Part shown: positions 1 to 9,951 of the stretch, piece by piece
Numbering within the stretch: the first letter of the stretch is position 1
How the letters are laid out: every line of letters starts with the position of its first letter
DNA from: an uncultured archaeon
Lineage (GTDB): Archaea; Asgardarchaeota; Thorarchaeia; Thorarchaeales; Thorarchaeaceae
Reading direction: 5' to 3'
Length of the DNA: 64,000 nt
Assembly (NCBI GenBank): GCA_964458565.1
Contig: CAYWJO010000009.1
Coordinates: 21,226 to 85,225 of the forward strand
Notes under the pieces: generated by a model
Databases searched by the model: none
The model's input: the letters and a program-made list of their open reading frames with translations, nothing else
Told to the model about the DNA's origin: nothing
Position numbers and translations under genes: made by a program

Positions 1-403
1 CTTTATTACTTCCTTTACCTGATGTTTGAGAAACACTATCAAGAGTTTGATAAACTCTTGAAATTGTCGGGTCTTCAGCGAATAATGAGGCTTGAACACT
101 ACCAGCGAGTAGAGACTCTGCTGTGAGTCCAATATCTCCAGTTTTCCGGAGTTCTTCAGTTACTCTTTGTTCAGGAATCCCTGCGGCAAAGGCAATTACC
201 TGCACTGCCATCTTCTCTGCTATACCTATCTCTGGTAATCCTTGCCAATCCGGGTGAAGCTTACCTATCGTCAATGAAATTATCTTTTCAATTTCTGATG
301 GTTCAATTTTTTTCAGAAGGTTGGCAAAGATGTCCACTTTCTCAAGAGTTCCCGATGTTTGCTCAATCTGCTCATATACTTCAGCAAGTTCATCGTATAA
401 CAT
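1..403 (-). CDS. lig: ATP-dependent DNA ligase, N-terminal part (runs off the window start; absent from ORF track)
   Basis: Manual translation from ATG at 403: MLYDELAEVYEQIEQTSGTLEKVDIFANLL...LTIGKLHPDWQGLPEIGIAEKM...LRKTGDIGLTAE, typical of the archaeal ligase DNA-binding domain. Confidence 0.9.
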   Translation of the reverse strand, partial: MLYDELAEVYEQIEQTSGTLEKVDIFANLLKKIEPSEIEKIISLTIGKLHPDWQGLPEIGIAEKMAVQVIAFAAGIPEQRVTEELRKTGDIGLTAESLLAGSVQASLFAEDPTISRVYQTLDSVSQTSGKGSNK

Positions 404-535
404 TTTTTTCTCTCCGACATGTCAAAATGCATCAGAATATCCTATTTAACCCAACGAATGCTTCTCCATTGAACAAGCTTTATAAACTCAGCACGAGGGC
501 TTGCTCTAACTACAGATTTACACGGTGAGTAGATA

Positions 536-778
536 TTGGGTAGCATTCGACCAAGATACATCAAAAATGCAGCGAGAGCTCTTCTACAGTATTATCCGGA
601 GGAGTTCACAACTGACTTCGAGACAAATAAGAGACTCGTTGAGCAGCACACAGATGTGAAAAGTAAGACTGTACGAAATAGAATCGCTGGCTATGTAGTT
701 ACCCTTGTCAAGATTGGTATTGCACGTGAAGTGGCTGAAGCTGCTGAACCAGATGAACCAATCGATATGGAGATGTAG
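536..778 (+). CDS. rps17e: 30S ribosomal protein S17e
   Basis: MGSIRPRYIK...FTTDFETNK...SKTVRNRIAGYV signature; acidic C-terminal tail; TTG start. Confidence 0.95.
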   Translation: MGSIRPRYIKNAARALLQYYPEEFTTDFETNKRLVEQHTDVKSKTVRNRIAGYVVTLVKIGIAREVAEAAEPDEPIDMEM

Positions 779-813
779 TTTTTTTCTTAATCTCACTTGT
801 TTGTAAATAAGAG

Positions 814-839
814 GAATTCAGGTTATATTACCTGAATTC
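814..839 (-). terminator. Stem-loop 3' of the flippase-fusion gene
   Basis: GAATTCAGGT-TATATT-ACCTGAATTC, 10-bp perfect stem 6 nt after the stop, pyrimidine-rich tract follows on the minus strand. Confidence 0.6.
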
Positions 840-844
840 GTTGA

Positions 845-3568
845 TTAGATTACAAGTTGTTTCTTCTCTCTCGTCAGTTCTTGAGCTTCAACCATTGCTT
901 CCTCATAGATGTCTATTGGGAACCTGTCATGTAGGGGCGATATTCGCGCTCCTAGTGCAACTGCCCCGTAGAATCTTCTAGCCATCCAGCCTACTCCTCT
1001 CATTTTCACCATTTTTGAGGCTCGATCAAACTCACCTAGTGTATTCTTATCCCACGAACCTGTTAGACCACTCACAAATGAGAATACGTATAGTGATGGA
1101 ACCACTGCAATGAAGAAGATTAGAGCTGATGATACAAGATCTCCGTCAACCCAAATCTGTTGAGCTAAAATTTCTAGAATAAGATAATTCACTATCGCTG
1201 CAAGTGCGGGTCCAATATAACTCTGCCACACGTAGAATTTTGGAGCTACGATGTATCGTCTAACCAAAACCCAAACTGCAATATCTTTTACGAGTAATGC
1301 TAATGAATAGCCCATTATTATACCCGGCATTCCGCCAAGATATATTCCTAAAATCACAGGTTCAGTTATGACGAAATAAGTCATGAATATCAATCTGAGG
1401 CCTTGTTCAAGAATCCAAACTGACGCAGCTAGTCCTGTCCGTTCTGCTCCTGCGAAAACCCAATCACCCAGCCACGACCAAAATCCGATAACTTGGAAGA
1501 CAAGGAAGAAACCTAAAAGCTCTGCCGCATAAGCCCATTCAGGTCCCGCAGCACCTAATATCGCACGTGCACCCACAGCAGCAAGTCCTGATACGAACCA
1601 GAATGTGAAGAAGGCACCCCACTTTAGCCCAAGCGAATTGTATAATGCTGTAAGTTTTTTCTTCAGGTGTGAATGTGCCTCAGATATACCGCCTAGCATA
1701 CCTTCCATGAAGAGTCCTACTACCGAAACCATGATAGCAAGATCCCAAGCTAGTTGGTATTGACCCTGTAGTGCAGACCAATTCAGTAAATTCGTACTTA
1801 TCAGAATCATCTGATAAAACCAGACTAATGGTACCGCAGCGGCTCCAATAGTCCATTTTGTACCAAATTTCAGAGCTCTCTTCACTTGTTCAGACTTGAA
1901 ATCTATTCTAAACAAGGTGTTCACACTGAATCCAAGTTTCTTGAACAAATATATTGAGATCACAAAAGTTAGCCATTCACCCATATAGTAGCCAACAGCT
2001 TGACCTATGGCACCTCCTAATGCCTCACCAAAAACCGGATTCGATGCACCCCAGCCTCTGAAGATGAGAATTGGAATGTAAGGTATAACGACCGTAAAGA
2101 TTGCATAGTAGAGAATCTGCGTTATTTGCTGATAGTCAATCCTATTCATACCTCTAAACACGTGAACGAAAAGGAGTGTGAATCCAGGGAACTGGAATAA
2201 GGAATGACCAATGAAAACATATGATAGATGCGCTAGATATGTATGTGGAAACAGAATCGAACCTGCAAAGGCAACGATTGAGATTTGGACTACTCCTGTA
2301 ATGCATTGAAACCACACGAAAATCTGTGCGTATTTGATAGCTTCTTCTGGTTGACTTATGCGATACTCTGCGAAGTATTTTGCTAATGCAACACTCGTGC
2401 CTAGGTCAAAGACAGTCCATAGCCCAAGAAAGAGATTCACACTAAATGAGTACCATCCTACAGCCTGAGGAAATGGTAGAATGTATACTGGGTATACCAT
2501 AATTGTAAGTACAACTCTAGGAATCACAATAAGAAGAGTGATGAAGAATTGAATGAGAAATCCACCAATCTGGCGATGCATCCCAACTTCTTCCCAATCA
2601 CTAATTTCCTCCTCGGTATCTACAAGCAGTTCTGCACGTTCTATCTCTGTGAGTACTTCCGTGTCTTCACGAGACCTTCTTCGCATCCGTATGAATGAAA
2701 CTCCAGTAGTTATTCCCACGAAGACAACGATAAGACCAATGATTACCTGCTCGTTGAAGTGAGGAACTGGTGAATATGCCCATTCTGCATAGGTATACAT
2801 CTCCTCTCCGGCAAGGTACGTACTTGATGAATATAGGAAGTAGTTATAGTAAGGCCAGAGCACTAATTGTTGATTTGTTTGTAGTTCAGTATCTGTCATC
2901 AACCATGCTGTGTATGTGAAGATTTTTCCTGAATTTACAGTTGTTTCTACAAGTAATGGAGTTCCGTAAGTACCAAAGCCTGTATCGTTTGCCAAGAGAA
3001 TAGTGGATTCAGATGCTAGCTCTGGTAATACGGACATATTCTTAGTCGGAGGTGCTGAAGACCAGTCTATGTTCATTGCGGGATGACTTGTATCAACCAT
3101 TCGTGTTACTGCATTCCCATCTGGTGATCCAATAAGATTATTCGATACTGTGACTCCCAATTCTTGGAATCCGGTAGCATTTGCTGTCATCTGCGGACCA
3201 AGCAGTATAAACAACCCTCCACCGCTATTGAGGAATGAATTCAAATCAGTAATATCCGCTGGACCCAGTGGCGTATCGACAATCACCAGTGTATCTAAAG
3301 AGTCCAGCAATGCATCATGAACTGAGTCATAGCTAGCCAAATTAATTGAATTAGTGTCCAATTCCAAAGCAGTCACAACCGTTGGTGTTGCATCTCCTCC
3401 GACAAGCCCAACAGTGATTTGGTCACCAATCTGCGAATCAGTAAAAGGTCCCCCGATGACAATCCCTGTAAGGGCAGCTGGAATTAGAAGTAATCCTACT
3501 ATGAGCGCTACAATAGGAGTTTGTACTCTTCCCATAGATCTCATCCATCCTTGTAGAGGTATATGCAT
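845..3568 (-). CDS. Fusion of signal peptide, extracellular alpha/beta (GATase-like) domain and MOP/MATE-superfamily polysaccharide flippase
   Basis: N-terminal hydrophobic helix; 'LNSFLNSGGGLFILLG' GATase-like motif; then >12 TM helices with 'FDLGTSVALAKYFAEY' flippase-type motif. Confidence 0.7.
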   Translation of the reverse strand: MHIPLQGWMRSMGRVQTPIVALIVGLLLIPAALTGIVIGGPFTDSQIGDQITVGLVGGDATPTVVTALELDTNSINLASYDSVHDALLDSLDTLVIVDTPLGPADITDLNSFLNSGGGLFILLGPQMTANATGFQELGVTVSNNLIGSPDGNAVTRMVDTSHPAMNIDWSSAPPTKNMSVLPELASESTILLANDTGFGTYGTPLLVETTVNSGKIFTYTAWLMTDTELQTNQQLVLWPYYNYFLYSSSTYLAGEEMYTYAEWAYSPVPHFNEQVIIGLIVVFVGITTGVSFIRMRRRSREDTEVLTEIERAELLVDTEEEISDWEEVGMHRQIGGFLIQFFITLLIVIPRVVLTIMVYPVYILPFPQAVGWYSFSVNLFLGLWTVFDLGTSVALAKYFAEYRISQPEEAIKYAQIFVWFQCITGVVQISIVAFAGSILFPHTYLAHLSYVFIGHSLFQFPGFTLLFVHVFRGMNRIDYQQITQILYYAIFTVVIPYIPILIFRGWGASNPVFGEALGGAIGQAVGYYMGEWLTFVISIYLFKKLGFSVNTLFRIDFKSEQVKRALKFGTKWTIGAAAVPLVWFYQMILISTNLLNWSALQGQYQLAWDLAIMVSVVGLFMEGMLGGISEAHSHLKKKLTALYNSLGLKWGAFFTFWFVSGLAAVGARAILGAAGPEWAYAAELLGFFLVFQVIGFWSWLGDWVFAGAERTGLAASVWILEQGLRLIFMTYFVITEPVILGIYLGGMPGIIMGYSLALLVKDIAVWVLVRRYIVAPKFYVWQSYIGPALAAIVNYLILEILAQQIWVDGDLVSSALIFFIAVVPSLYVFSFVSGLTGSWDKNTLGEFDRASKMVKMRGVGWMARRFYGAVALGARISPLHDRFPIDIYEEAMVEAQELTREKKQLVI

Positions 3569-3635
3569 GAAAACAACCCTCTAATATTCGTGCCTGTTTT
3601 TAAAAACAAGAATCGAAAGGTATGATAACCCCCGT

Positions 3636-4694
3636 GTGCTTACTATTATCATGCCTGATTGGCGAAATATCCTCTATCATAGTGATTGTCTAGATGTATT
3701 GAATGAACTAAAGCAATCATTAGAGGAGATGATACAGCTAATCTATATCGACCCTCCCTTCTTCTCTGGTTCAAATTATAGTCTAAAGAAGAAGCATGTT
3801 AATGGGAACGATTCGGCTCCTACTCTATCTGAAAAACACACTTACACAGACTATTGGAAGGGTGGTCTTAATGAGTACTTAGATTTTATGAGACCACGTC
3901 TTAAATCTATGAGAGATGTTCTTGCGGACGATGGTACATTGTGGGTGCATCTTGACTGGCATGTTTCTCACTACTTAAAAGTCATGCTTGATGAGATATT
4001 TGGCTATTCAAATTTTATCAATGAAATTGTCTGGCGCCGCACAAACAGCCCAAAAAGCCAAACTAGTGGTTTCGGAAACCAGCACGATGTCATTCTACTA
4101 TATGCTAAGGATGAATCTCAAGCAACATTCAACCCTATCTATAGACCACATGATAAACACTCTCTAAGACCTTATAGCTATGAAGACGAGAGAGGTAGAT
4201 TTCGCCTTATAGAGATTGAAGCTCAAGGTATTCAACGGACTGAGAATAGAAGGCAGTTTGAATGGCGTGGACGTACAGCACCTTACCTCTATCGTCAGGA
4301 GCTTTTAGATCAGTGGCAAGGCCAAGGTCTGATCTATAAAAGCAAGAATGACCGTTATTCAAAGAAACAATATCTTACAGATGTTCCCGGTTTACCTGTA
4401 TCTGATTTGTGGTTTGATATCGCTCCTATACAAGGTTCATCTAAGGAATATACAGGGTTTCTCACACAAAAACCTGTATCTCTCCTCTCTCGGATAATCG
4501 AGAGCGCCTCTGATGAAGGTGACCTCATAGCCGACTTCTTTGCAGGTTCAGGATCGACTGCTATTGCAGCTAATCAGCTAAATAGGCGGTGGATCCTTTC
4601 TGATATTTCAGATACTGCGATACAAGTAATTCAAAAACGAGTAACTTCCGAAAACGCTTTCACTTTGAAATGCATTGCAGAGAGCGGTGCATAA
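3636..4694 (+). CDS. Site-specific DNA methyltransferase, N6-A/N4-C, beta class (likely start ATG 3651)
   Basis: IYIDPPF (motif IV) precedes TQKP and DFFAGSGST (motif I). Confidence 0.9.
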   Translation: MLTIIMPDWRNILYHSDCLDVLNELKQSLEEMIQLIYIDPPFFSGSNYSLKKKHVNGNDSAPTLSEKHTYTDYWKGGLNEYLDFMRPRLKSMRDVLADDGTLWVHLDWHVSHYLKVMLDEIFGYSNFINEIVWRRTNSPKSQTSGFGNQHDVILLYAKDESQATFNPIYRPHDKHSLRPYSYEDERGRFRLIEIEAQGIQRTENRRQFEWRGRTAPYLYRQELLDQWQGQGLIYKSKNDRYSKKQYLTDVPGLPVSDLWFDIAPIQGSSKEYTGFLTQKPVSLLSRIIESASDEGDLIADFFAGSGSTAIAANQLNRRWILSDISDTAIQVIQKRVTSENAFTLKCIAESGA

Positions 4695-4697
4695 CAG

Positions 4698-5168
4698 ATG
4701 AGCGAAGAGATACATGGCGCTTGTGGTGAGCTATATCGTTTCGCAAGAGGGGCAAGAAGTTGGTTTCTAGCACATCTTGAAGATGATAAGGACATTATGA
4801 CCTGAATGCCTCCTGAAGGTGAACGATCAGCAGCAGATATTGTCAGTCACGTCTGCTGGACATTATCAGCTGTTTCTATGAAGATTGCAGATGATCTGGG
4901 TATCAAGATAAATTCCGAACAAGAGCCAACAAATGATTTTATTGAGGGATTGAATCTAGAAATTGATTCAGCCTACAACATCTTTGGGAATCTGGTTCGT
5001 GGAATGTCTGATGACGATCTAGAACGTACAACAACCCTTCCACCCCCTGCTAGAATTAGGGAGGGCTCAATTGAACGAGTGCTCAGAATCATGGCTGGGT
5101 ATCATGTAGTACATCACGCCGGACAGATAGCACATATCATTAAACGCGCAAAACGAGACATTGACTAG
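4698..5168 (+). pseudogene. DinB/YfiT-like protein interrupted by in-frame TGA at 4803-4805
   Basis: ATG 4698 is in frame with ORF 4806: MSEEIHGAC...KDIMT*MPPEGERSAADIVSHV...YHVVHHAGQI; DinB His motifs present. Confidence 0.7.
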
Positions 5169-5911
5169 TGTGATTGGTCGACTGCCTGTTTGATTTTCCT
5201 TATTGCTGCCCCCGGTGCTACTCCTTTAGGACAGACTTTGACACAATTCATTATCAGGTCACATAAAGCTGCACCTTCTGGAACACTCGCTGCATCGATA
5301 TATCGTGATGGATTTGTGCTTCGTGAATCTTTAAAGAATCTGTAACTCTTTGCCAAAGCTGCAGGTCCAAGATATTCTTCTTTCTCAGCATTTATTGGAC
5401 AAGATCCAAAACACAGTGCGCACATTATACAATTTACGTACCTATCAATTAGTTTTCTCTCAACTGGACTTTGTAGCCGTGGTTTTTCTCCTTCAACGGG
5501 GTCTGCCCATAGTTTCATGATTTCCAAAGTTTTGTAGAATTTATCCATATCTACAACTAAATCTTTCAGGAGTGCAAAGTTCGGTAATGGTTCAATGAGA
5601 ATCTCATTTTCCCTATCCCATTCGATTTCAGAATTATCTGCTAGGGCTTCGAAAAGTTTCAGATTTGATTCACTCATCTTTATTGATTGAAGTTGGGTCC
5701 GACAAGCGAGCATCGGTACTTTGTCTATTAGCATTCCACAACTCCCACATACAGCTCCTCTACATGAATATCTGAAAGATATCGATGGATCAAGGTGGTC
5801 CTGAATGTAGAATAAGGCATCTAGAACTGTCATTCCCGGAGTCTGTTTGATTTCAAATACATCATAGTGCGTGATTCCCGCGTGGGACCCTCTGGCTACT
5901 CTCAGTTTCAT
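5165..5911 (-). CDS. sdhB: Succinate dehydrogenase/fumarate reductase iron-sulfur subunit
   Basis: SCRGAVCGSCGM..LAC [2Fe-2S]; CIMCALCFGSCP; CDLIMNCVKVCP. Confidence 0.95.
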   Translation of the reverse strand: MKLRVARGSHAGITHYDVFEIKQTPGMTVLDALFYIQDHLDPSISFRYSCRGAVCGSCGMLIDKVPMLACRTQLQSIKMSESNLKLFEALADNSEIEWDRENEILIEPLPNFALLKDLVVDMDKFYKTLEIMKLWADPVEGEKPRLQSPVERKLIDRYVNCIMCALCFGSCPINAEKEEYLGPAALAKSYRFFKDSRSTNPSRYIDAASVPEGAALCDLIMNCVKVCPKGVAPGAAIRKIKQAVDQSH

Positions 5912-7590
5912 TAGTAACTCCTCTCCTTTACTTCAAATTGTCCAAGGTTGACATTCAGATATTCAATGCTTATCTCATCATCAATAAGAAATGCTAAAGT
6001 ATGTTTTAGGAATTTAGCATCATCTCTCAATGGATAGTCTATCCGCGTATGTGCGCCTCGACTCTCTTCTCGCATTAAGGCTCCAAGTGCAACAGCTTCT
6101 GCAATATCTAAAAGATATCCTAGCTCCACAGCTCTGATAAGCGCATAGTTGAATGGTTCATCCATCTGTCCTACTGCAACATTTCTGTATCGCTTACGTA
6201 GTGCTCTGATTTCCTCCACAGCTTCCTCGAGTTCCTTCGCCGTACGAAAAACACCAACTTTCTTATCCATAATACTGTGCATTGCCTTTCGAATTTCAAA
6301 CGGCGACTCGCCTTCCTTCTTTACACAAATCTCGTGAAGCTGTTCTCTCATTTGAAAAGCTGCTCTATCAACAGATTCCAAATTTGGATTATTTGCAGTC
6401 TTTGTAAACTGTCCAGCGCGTTCTCCTACAATTCTTCCAAATACCAATGTTTCAAGAAGGGAATTACCACCGAGTCGATTTGCACCATGCACACTCATAC
6501 AAGATGCTTCACCAACTGCATATAGTCCTTCTAAGGATGTTTCTCCGTATTTGCTGCAATGAGTTCCTCCCATCGAGTAGTGATGTCCCGGTCTGACTGG
6601 AATTGGCTCATCAATTGGGTCTACTCCTGCAAAATACATTGATATCTCTCTGATTCCTGGAAGTCGCTCCATTATCTTCTCTCCACCAAGATGACGTAAA
6701 TCCAAGTGGACATACTGTCCGTTAATACCCCGTCCCTCATTAATCTCAGTCTGAATCGATCTCGCCACAATATCTCTAGGAGCTAACTCCATTTTATCTG
6801 GAGCATATTTCTCCATGAATCGTTTTTCTTCTGAGTTTACGAGATATCCTCCTTCTCCACGTGCACCTTCAGTAATCAAAATACCGGAACCATGTAAACA
6901 AGTTGGATGAAATTGAACAAACTCAGCATCTTTCATTGGTGCTCCAATGCGTAATGCCATTGCACAGCCATCACCAGTGTTTATGAGAGCATTTGTTGAT
7001 TTTCCATAAACCCAACCAAATCCCCCAGTGGCGATGATAACTGCTTTTGCAGCAATGCCTTTTACTTCACCAGATGCAATCTCAAGTGCCGTTATACCCG
7101 CAATTTTGTCATGGTGTTTCACCAAGGATGTAGCAAACCATTCAAGGTAAAACTTCACCCCTTTCCTCACTGCTTGTTCGAATGTTGTGTGGAGTAAATT
7201 ATGCCCAGTTTTATCCGCTGCATAGCAAGTCCGTGGAAATCCAGCTCCTCCAAAGGGTCTCTGAGCAATCCTTCCATCATCTGTACGGGAAAAGACTGTA
7301 CCCCATTGTTCATTCTCTATAACTGCTCTCGGTGCCTCTTTAGTCATGAGCTCTACAACATCTTGGTCCGCTAGATAATCTGAACCTTTAACGGTATCAA
7401 AAGCATGAGCTTCCCAAGAGTCACCCTCTCCTAGTGATGCATTTATACCGCCTTGTGCAGCAACAGAATGTGATCGTAGCGGGTGAACCTTTGTGACAAC
7501 AGCTATATCTAGATAGTCTGCAACTTCGATAGCAGCTCTCAATCCAGATAAACCTGCACCAATTACAAGGATATCGTGTTCTAATGGCAT
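5911..7590 (-). CDS. sdhA: Succinate dehydrogenase/fumarate reductase flavoprotein subunit
   Basis: [16 protein letters not shown] (covalent-FAD His), [31 protein letters not shown]. Confidence 0.95.
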   Translation of the reverse strand: MPLEHDILVIGAGLSGLRAAIEVADYLDIAVVTKVHPLRSHSVAAQGGINASLGEGDSWEAHAFDTVKGSDYLADQDVVELMTKEAPRAVIENEQWGTVFSRTDDGRIAQRPFGGAGFPRTCYAADKTGHNLLHTTFEQAVRKGVKFYLEWFATSLVKHHDKIAGITALEIASGEVKGIAAKAVIIATGGFGWVYGKSTNALINTGDGCAMALRIGAPMKDAEFVQFHPTCLHGSGILITEGARGEGGYLVNSEEKRFMEKYAPDKMELAPRDIVARSIQTEINEGRGINGQYVHLDLRHLGGEKIMERLPGIREISMYFAGVDPIDEPIPVRPGHHYSMGGTHCSKYGETSLEGLYAVGEASCMSVHGANRLGGNSLLETLVFGRIVGERAGQFTKTANNPNLESVDRAAFQMREQLHEICVKKEGESPFEIRKAMHSIMDKKVGVFRTAKELEEAVEEIRALRKRYRNVAVGQMDEPFNYALIRAVELGYLLDIAEAVALGALMREESRGAHTRIDYPLRDDAKFLKHTLAFLIDDEISIEYLNVNLGQFEVKERSY

Positions 7591-7670
7591 GATTCTTCTC
7601 TTCCAGCTCCAGCCAGTTCAGATGTGTAATAAGTTCCTTAAAGGAGCTTTGCCACCCTCTAAAACGAATG

Positions 7671-9056
7671 TCAGATCATCGAATTTGGGTCTAGGATTTC
7701 ATCAAGATTTCCATCAATTTCAATTCCAAGGTACTGTATGGTCTCTCTGATCGTTCGTCCTGTTTCTTGAGCAACTTTAGCTATCTTTGATGCTTCATCA
7801 TAACCAATTAGTGGGGTCAACTTTGTCACAATCATCAGACTCCTCTCCAATTGACGTGTGATGTTTTGTGTATTTGGTGCCATTCCCTTCATACAGTTCT
7901 CTGTGAAGGAAACCAATCCATTTGATAGTATATTTATTGCATCTAACAGATTGACAATAATTAGTGGTTTAGTAACATTGAGATCCAGCGTACTTCCAAA
8001 GCCTTCAGCAAATGCAATTGTATTATCATAACCTAATACCTGAATGCACACTTGAATCAGAGCTTCAGCTTGAGTCGGATTGACTTTTCCCGGCATTATA
8101 GATGAACCTGGTTCATTCTCAGGTAAAATGAGTTCACCTAGCCCAGCTCTTGGTCCCGAACCCATCCATCGGATGTCATTTGCCATTTTGAGTGCTGCCA
8201 ATGCAATAGCCCGTATTGAACCACTCATTTTTACGAAAGATAGATGCGATGCAATTCCTTCTGCTTGTATCGCTCGTGCTCTATATGGGTATCCTGTGAT
8301 TCTTGAAATCTCCAATGACACCTTTTCTGAAAACCCTGCTGGGGCATTTAATCCTGTACCAAGTGCTGTGCCACCTATGGGAAGTTCGTATAATTCGTCC
8401 AAGTCTTTCTTTATAGAGTGAAGTGCATTTTCGATTCCTTTGAAGTAAACCTGAAATTCAAGAGACAATGGTATAGGAACTGCGTCCTGTAGATGAGTAC
8501 GTCCTACTTTCACAATACCTTGGAATTCTTCGATTTTCTTCCTGAGGGTATCAAGAACATTTTCAATTGCAGGAATTAGTTTTTCAGTGATTGAGTGAAC
8601 CGTCGCTAGATGCATTGCAGTTGGGATAACATCGTTTGATGATTGAGACCTATTCACATGGTCGTTCGGATGAACTGGAAATCTCTTGCCTTTCGGATGA
8701 TTGAGAATTTCAGCTGCTCGATTTGCCAGGACTTCATTCATGTTCATGTTCGTTTGTGTACCTGAACCGGTTTGATAAATATCAACAGGAAATTGATCGA
8801 GCAACTTGCCCTCCAGAATTTCTTCAATACTCCTATCAATTGCATCTGCAATTTCCTTTGAGAAGAAACCCTGTGTGGTATTTACGATGAGACATGCTTT
8901 CTTTACTTTTGCTAGAGCTACAAGAAACTCACGTGGCATCTGCCTTCCACTGATTTGGAAATTTTGAATAGCTCTTTGCGTGTTTATCCCCCAATAAACA
9001 TCCACAGGTACTTCAAGCTCACCAATTGCATCTTTCTCTAATCTCATTTCTGTCAT
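7671..9056 (-). CDS. fumC: Class II fumarate hydratase
   Basis: GSGTQTNMNMNEV, HPNDHVNRSQSSND, GRTHLQDA, GSSIMPGKVNP. Confidence 0.93.
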   Translation of the reverse strand: MTEMRLEKDAIGELEVPVDVYWGINTQRAIQNFQISGRQMPREFLVALAKVKKACLIVNTTQGFFSKEIADAIDRSIEEILEGKLLDQFPVDIYQTGSGTQTNMNMNEVLANRAAEILNHPKGKRFPVHPNDHVNRSQSSNDVIPTAMHLATVHSITEKLIPAIENVLDTLRKKIEEFQGIVKVGRTHLQDAVPIPLSLEFQVYFKGIENALHSIKKDLDELYELPIGGTALGTGLNAPAGFSEKVSLEISRITGYPYRARAIQAEGIASHLSFVKMSGSIRAIALAALKMANDIRWMGSGPRAGLGELILPENEPGSSIMPGKVNPTQAEALIQVCIQVLGYDNTIAFAEGFGSTLDLNVTKPLIIVNLLDAINILSNGLVSFTENCMKGMAPNTQNITRQLERSLMIVTKLTPLIGYDEASKIAKVAQETGRTIRETIQYLGIEIDGNLDEILDPNSMI

Positions 9057-9087
9057 TAACAGTTCCCCTGATATGCCAATGTGTATA

Positions 9088-9951
9088 CTAGATCCGATAC
9101 TGCTCTACAATAGTCTGTAGCTTTTCCTTATCGGTTATGTGGTCTCGTAATTTCGCATCTGTTGGCAAAGCGAGACCGGAAGCCAGGTCCGGTTTTTCTT
9201 CTCTATAGAGTAAACCAATTGGTACCTTCTCAAATTCCATAGCTTTCTGAATTGCTCCCGCCTTGTCAGATGAATCGTGATTTGACTCCTCAAGAGAATA
9301 TATCCGCTCGTTGAAGAACTTCCATGTCTGTTTTCTATTCCACGTAACGCAAGGCTGAAGGATATCAATAAACGCAAAACCTCGATGCTCAATAGCTCCT
9401 TTCATTAACTCGATGAGTTCCTTCTGTTTCCCTGAATACCCCCGGGCAACATATGTAGCTCCTGCAGTGATAGCAAGTGATGCCGCATTAACAGGGTCCA
9501 TTGGAGCTCCTTGAGGTGGGGGTGATGTCTTTGAAATATATCCCCTTGGAGATGCGGGAGAGAATTGTCCTTTTGTGAGACCATTGACTCCATTGTTGTG
9601 CATGAATACTGCGATATTCACATTTCGTCGAGCCGCATGCAAGAAATGACCAAGCCCCTCGCCTAAACAGTCTCCATCTCCTGTGTGAACGAATATTCTG
9701 AGGTCTGGATTTGCCATATGGGCTCCTGTTGCATAAGCGATTGGTCTTCCGTGTAGGGTATGGATGCTATTCACATTGATATAATGGGGAATTTTTCCTG
9801 AGCAACCAATACCTGACACAAGAAATAGTTCATGATGCTGTATCTCCAGTTCAATCAGTGCCTTCCTTATCGCTGCATGTATTCCAAAGTTCCCACATCC
9901 TGTACACCAGGTTATCTCCTGAATCCCTTCAAGTTGTTCCTCTGAAATCAT
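9088..9951 (-). CDS. korB: 2-oxoacid:ferredoxin oxidoreductase beta subunit
   Basis: WCTGCGNFG, SGIGCS, TLHGR, GDGD TPP motif, GLTKGQ. Confidence 0.92.
   Translation of the reverse strand: MISEEQLEGIQEITWCTGCGNFGIHAAIRKALIELEIQHHELFLVSGIGCSGKIPHYINVNSIHTLHGRPIAYATGAHMANPDLRIFVHTGDGDCLGEGLGHFLHAARRNVNIAVFMHNNGVNGLTKGQFSPASPRGYISKTSPPPQGAPMDPVNAASLAITAGATYVARGYSGKQKELIELMKGAIEHRGFAFIDILQPCVTWNRKQTWKFFNERIYSLEESNHDSSDKAGAIQKAMEFEKVPIGLLYREEKPDLASGLALPTDAKLRDHITDKEKLQTIVEQYRI

Noticed and set aside
274-528. 84-aa plus-strand ORF
   Set aside because: Overlaps the DNA ligase gene on the opposite strand and the divergent promoter region
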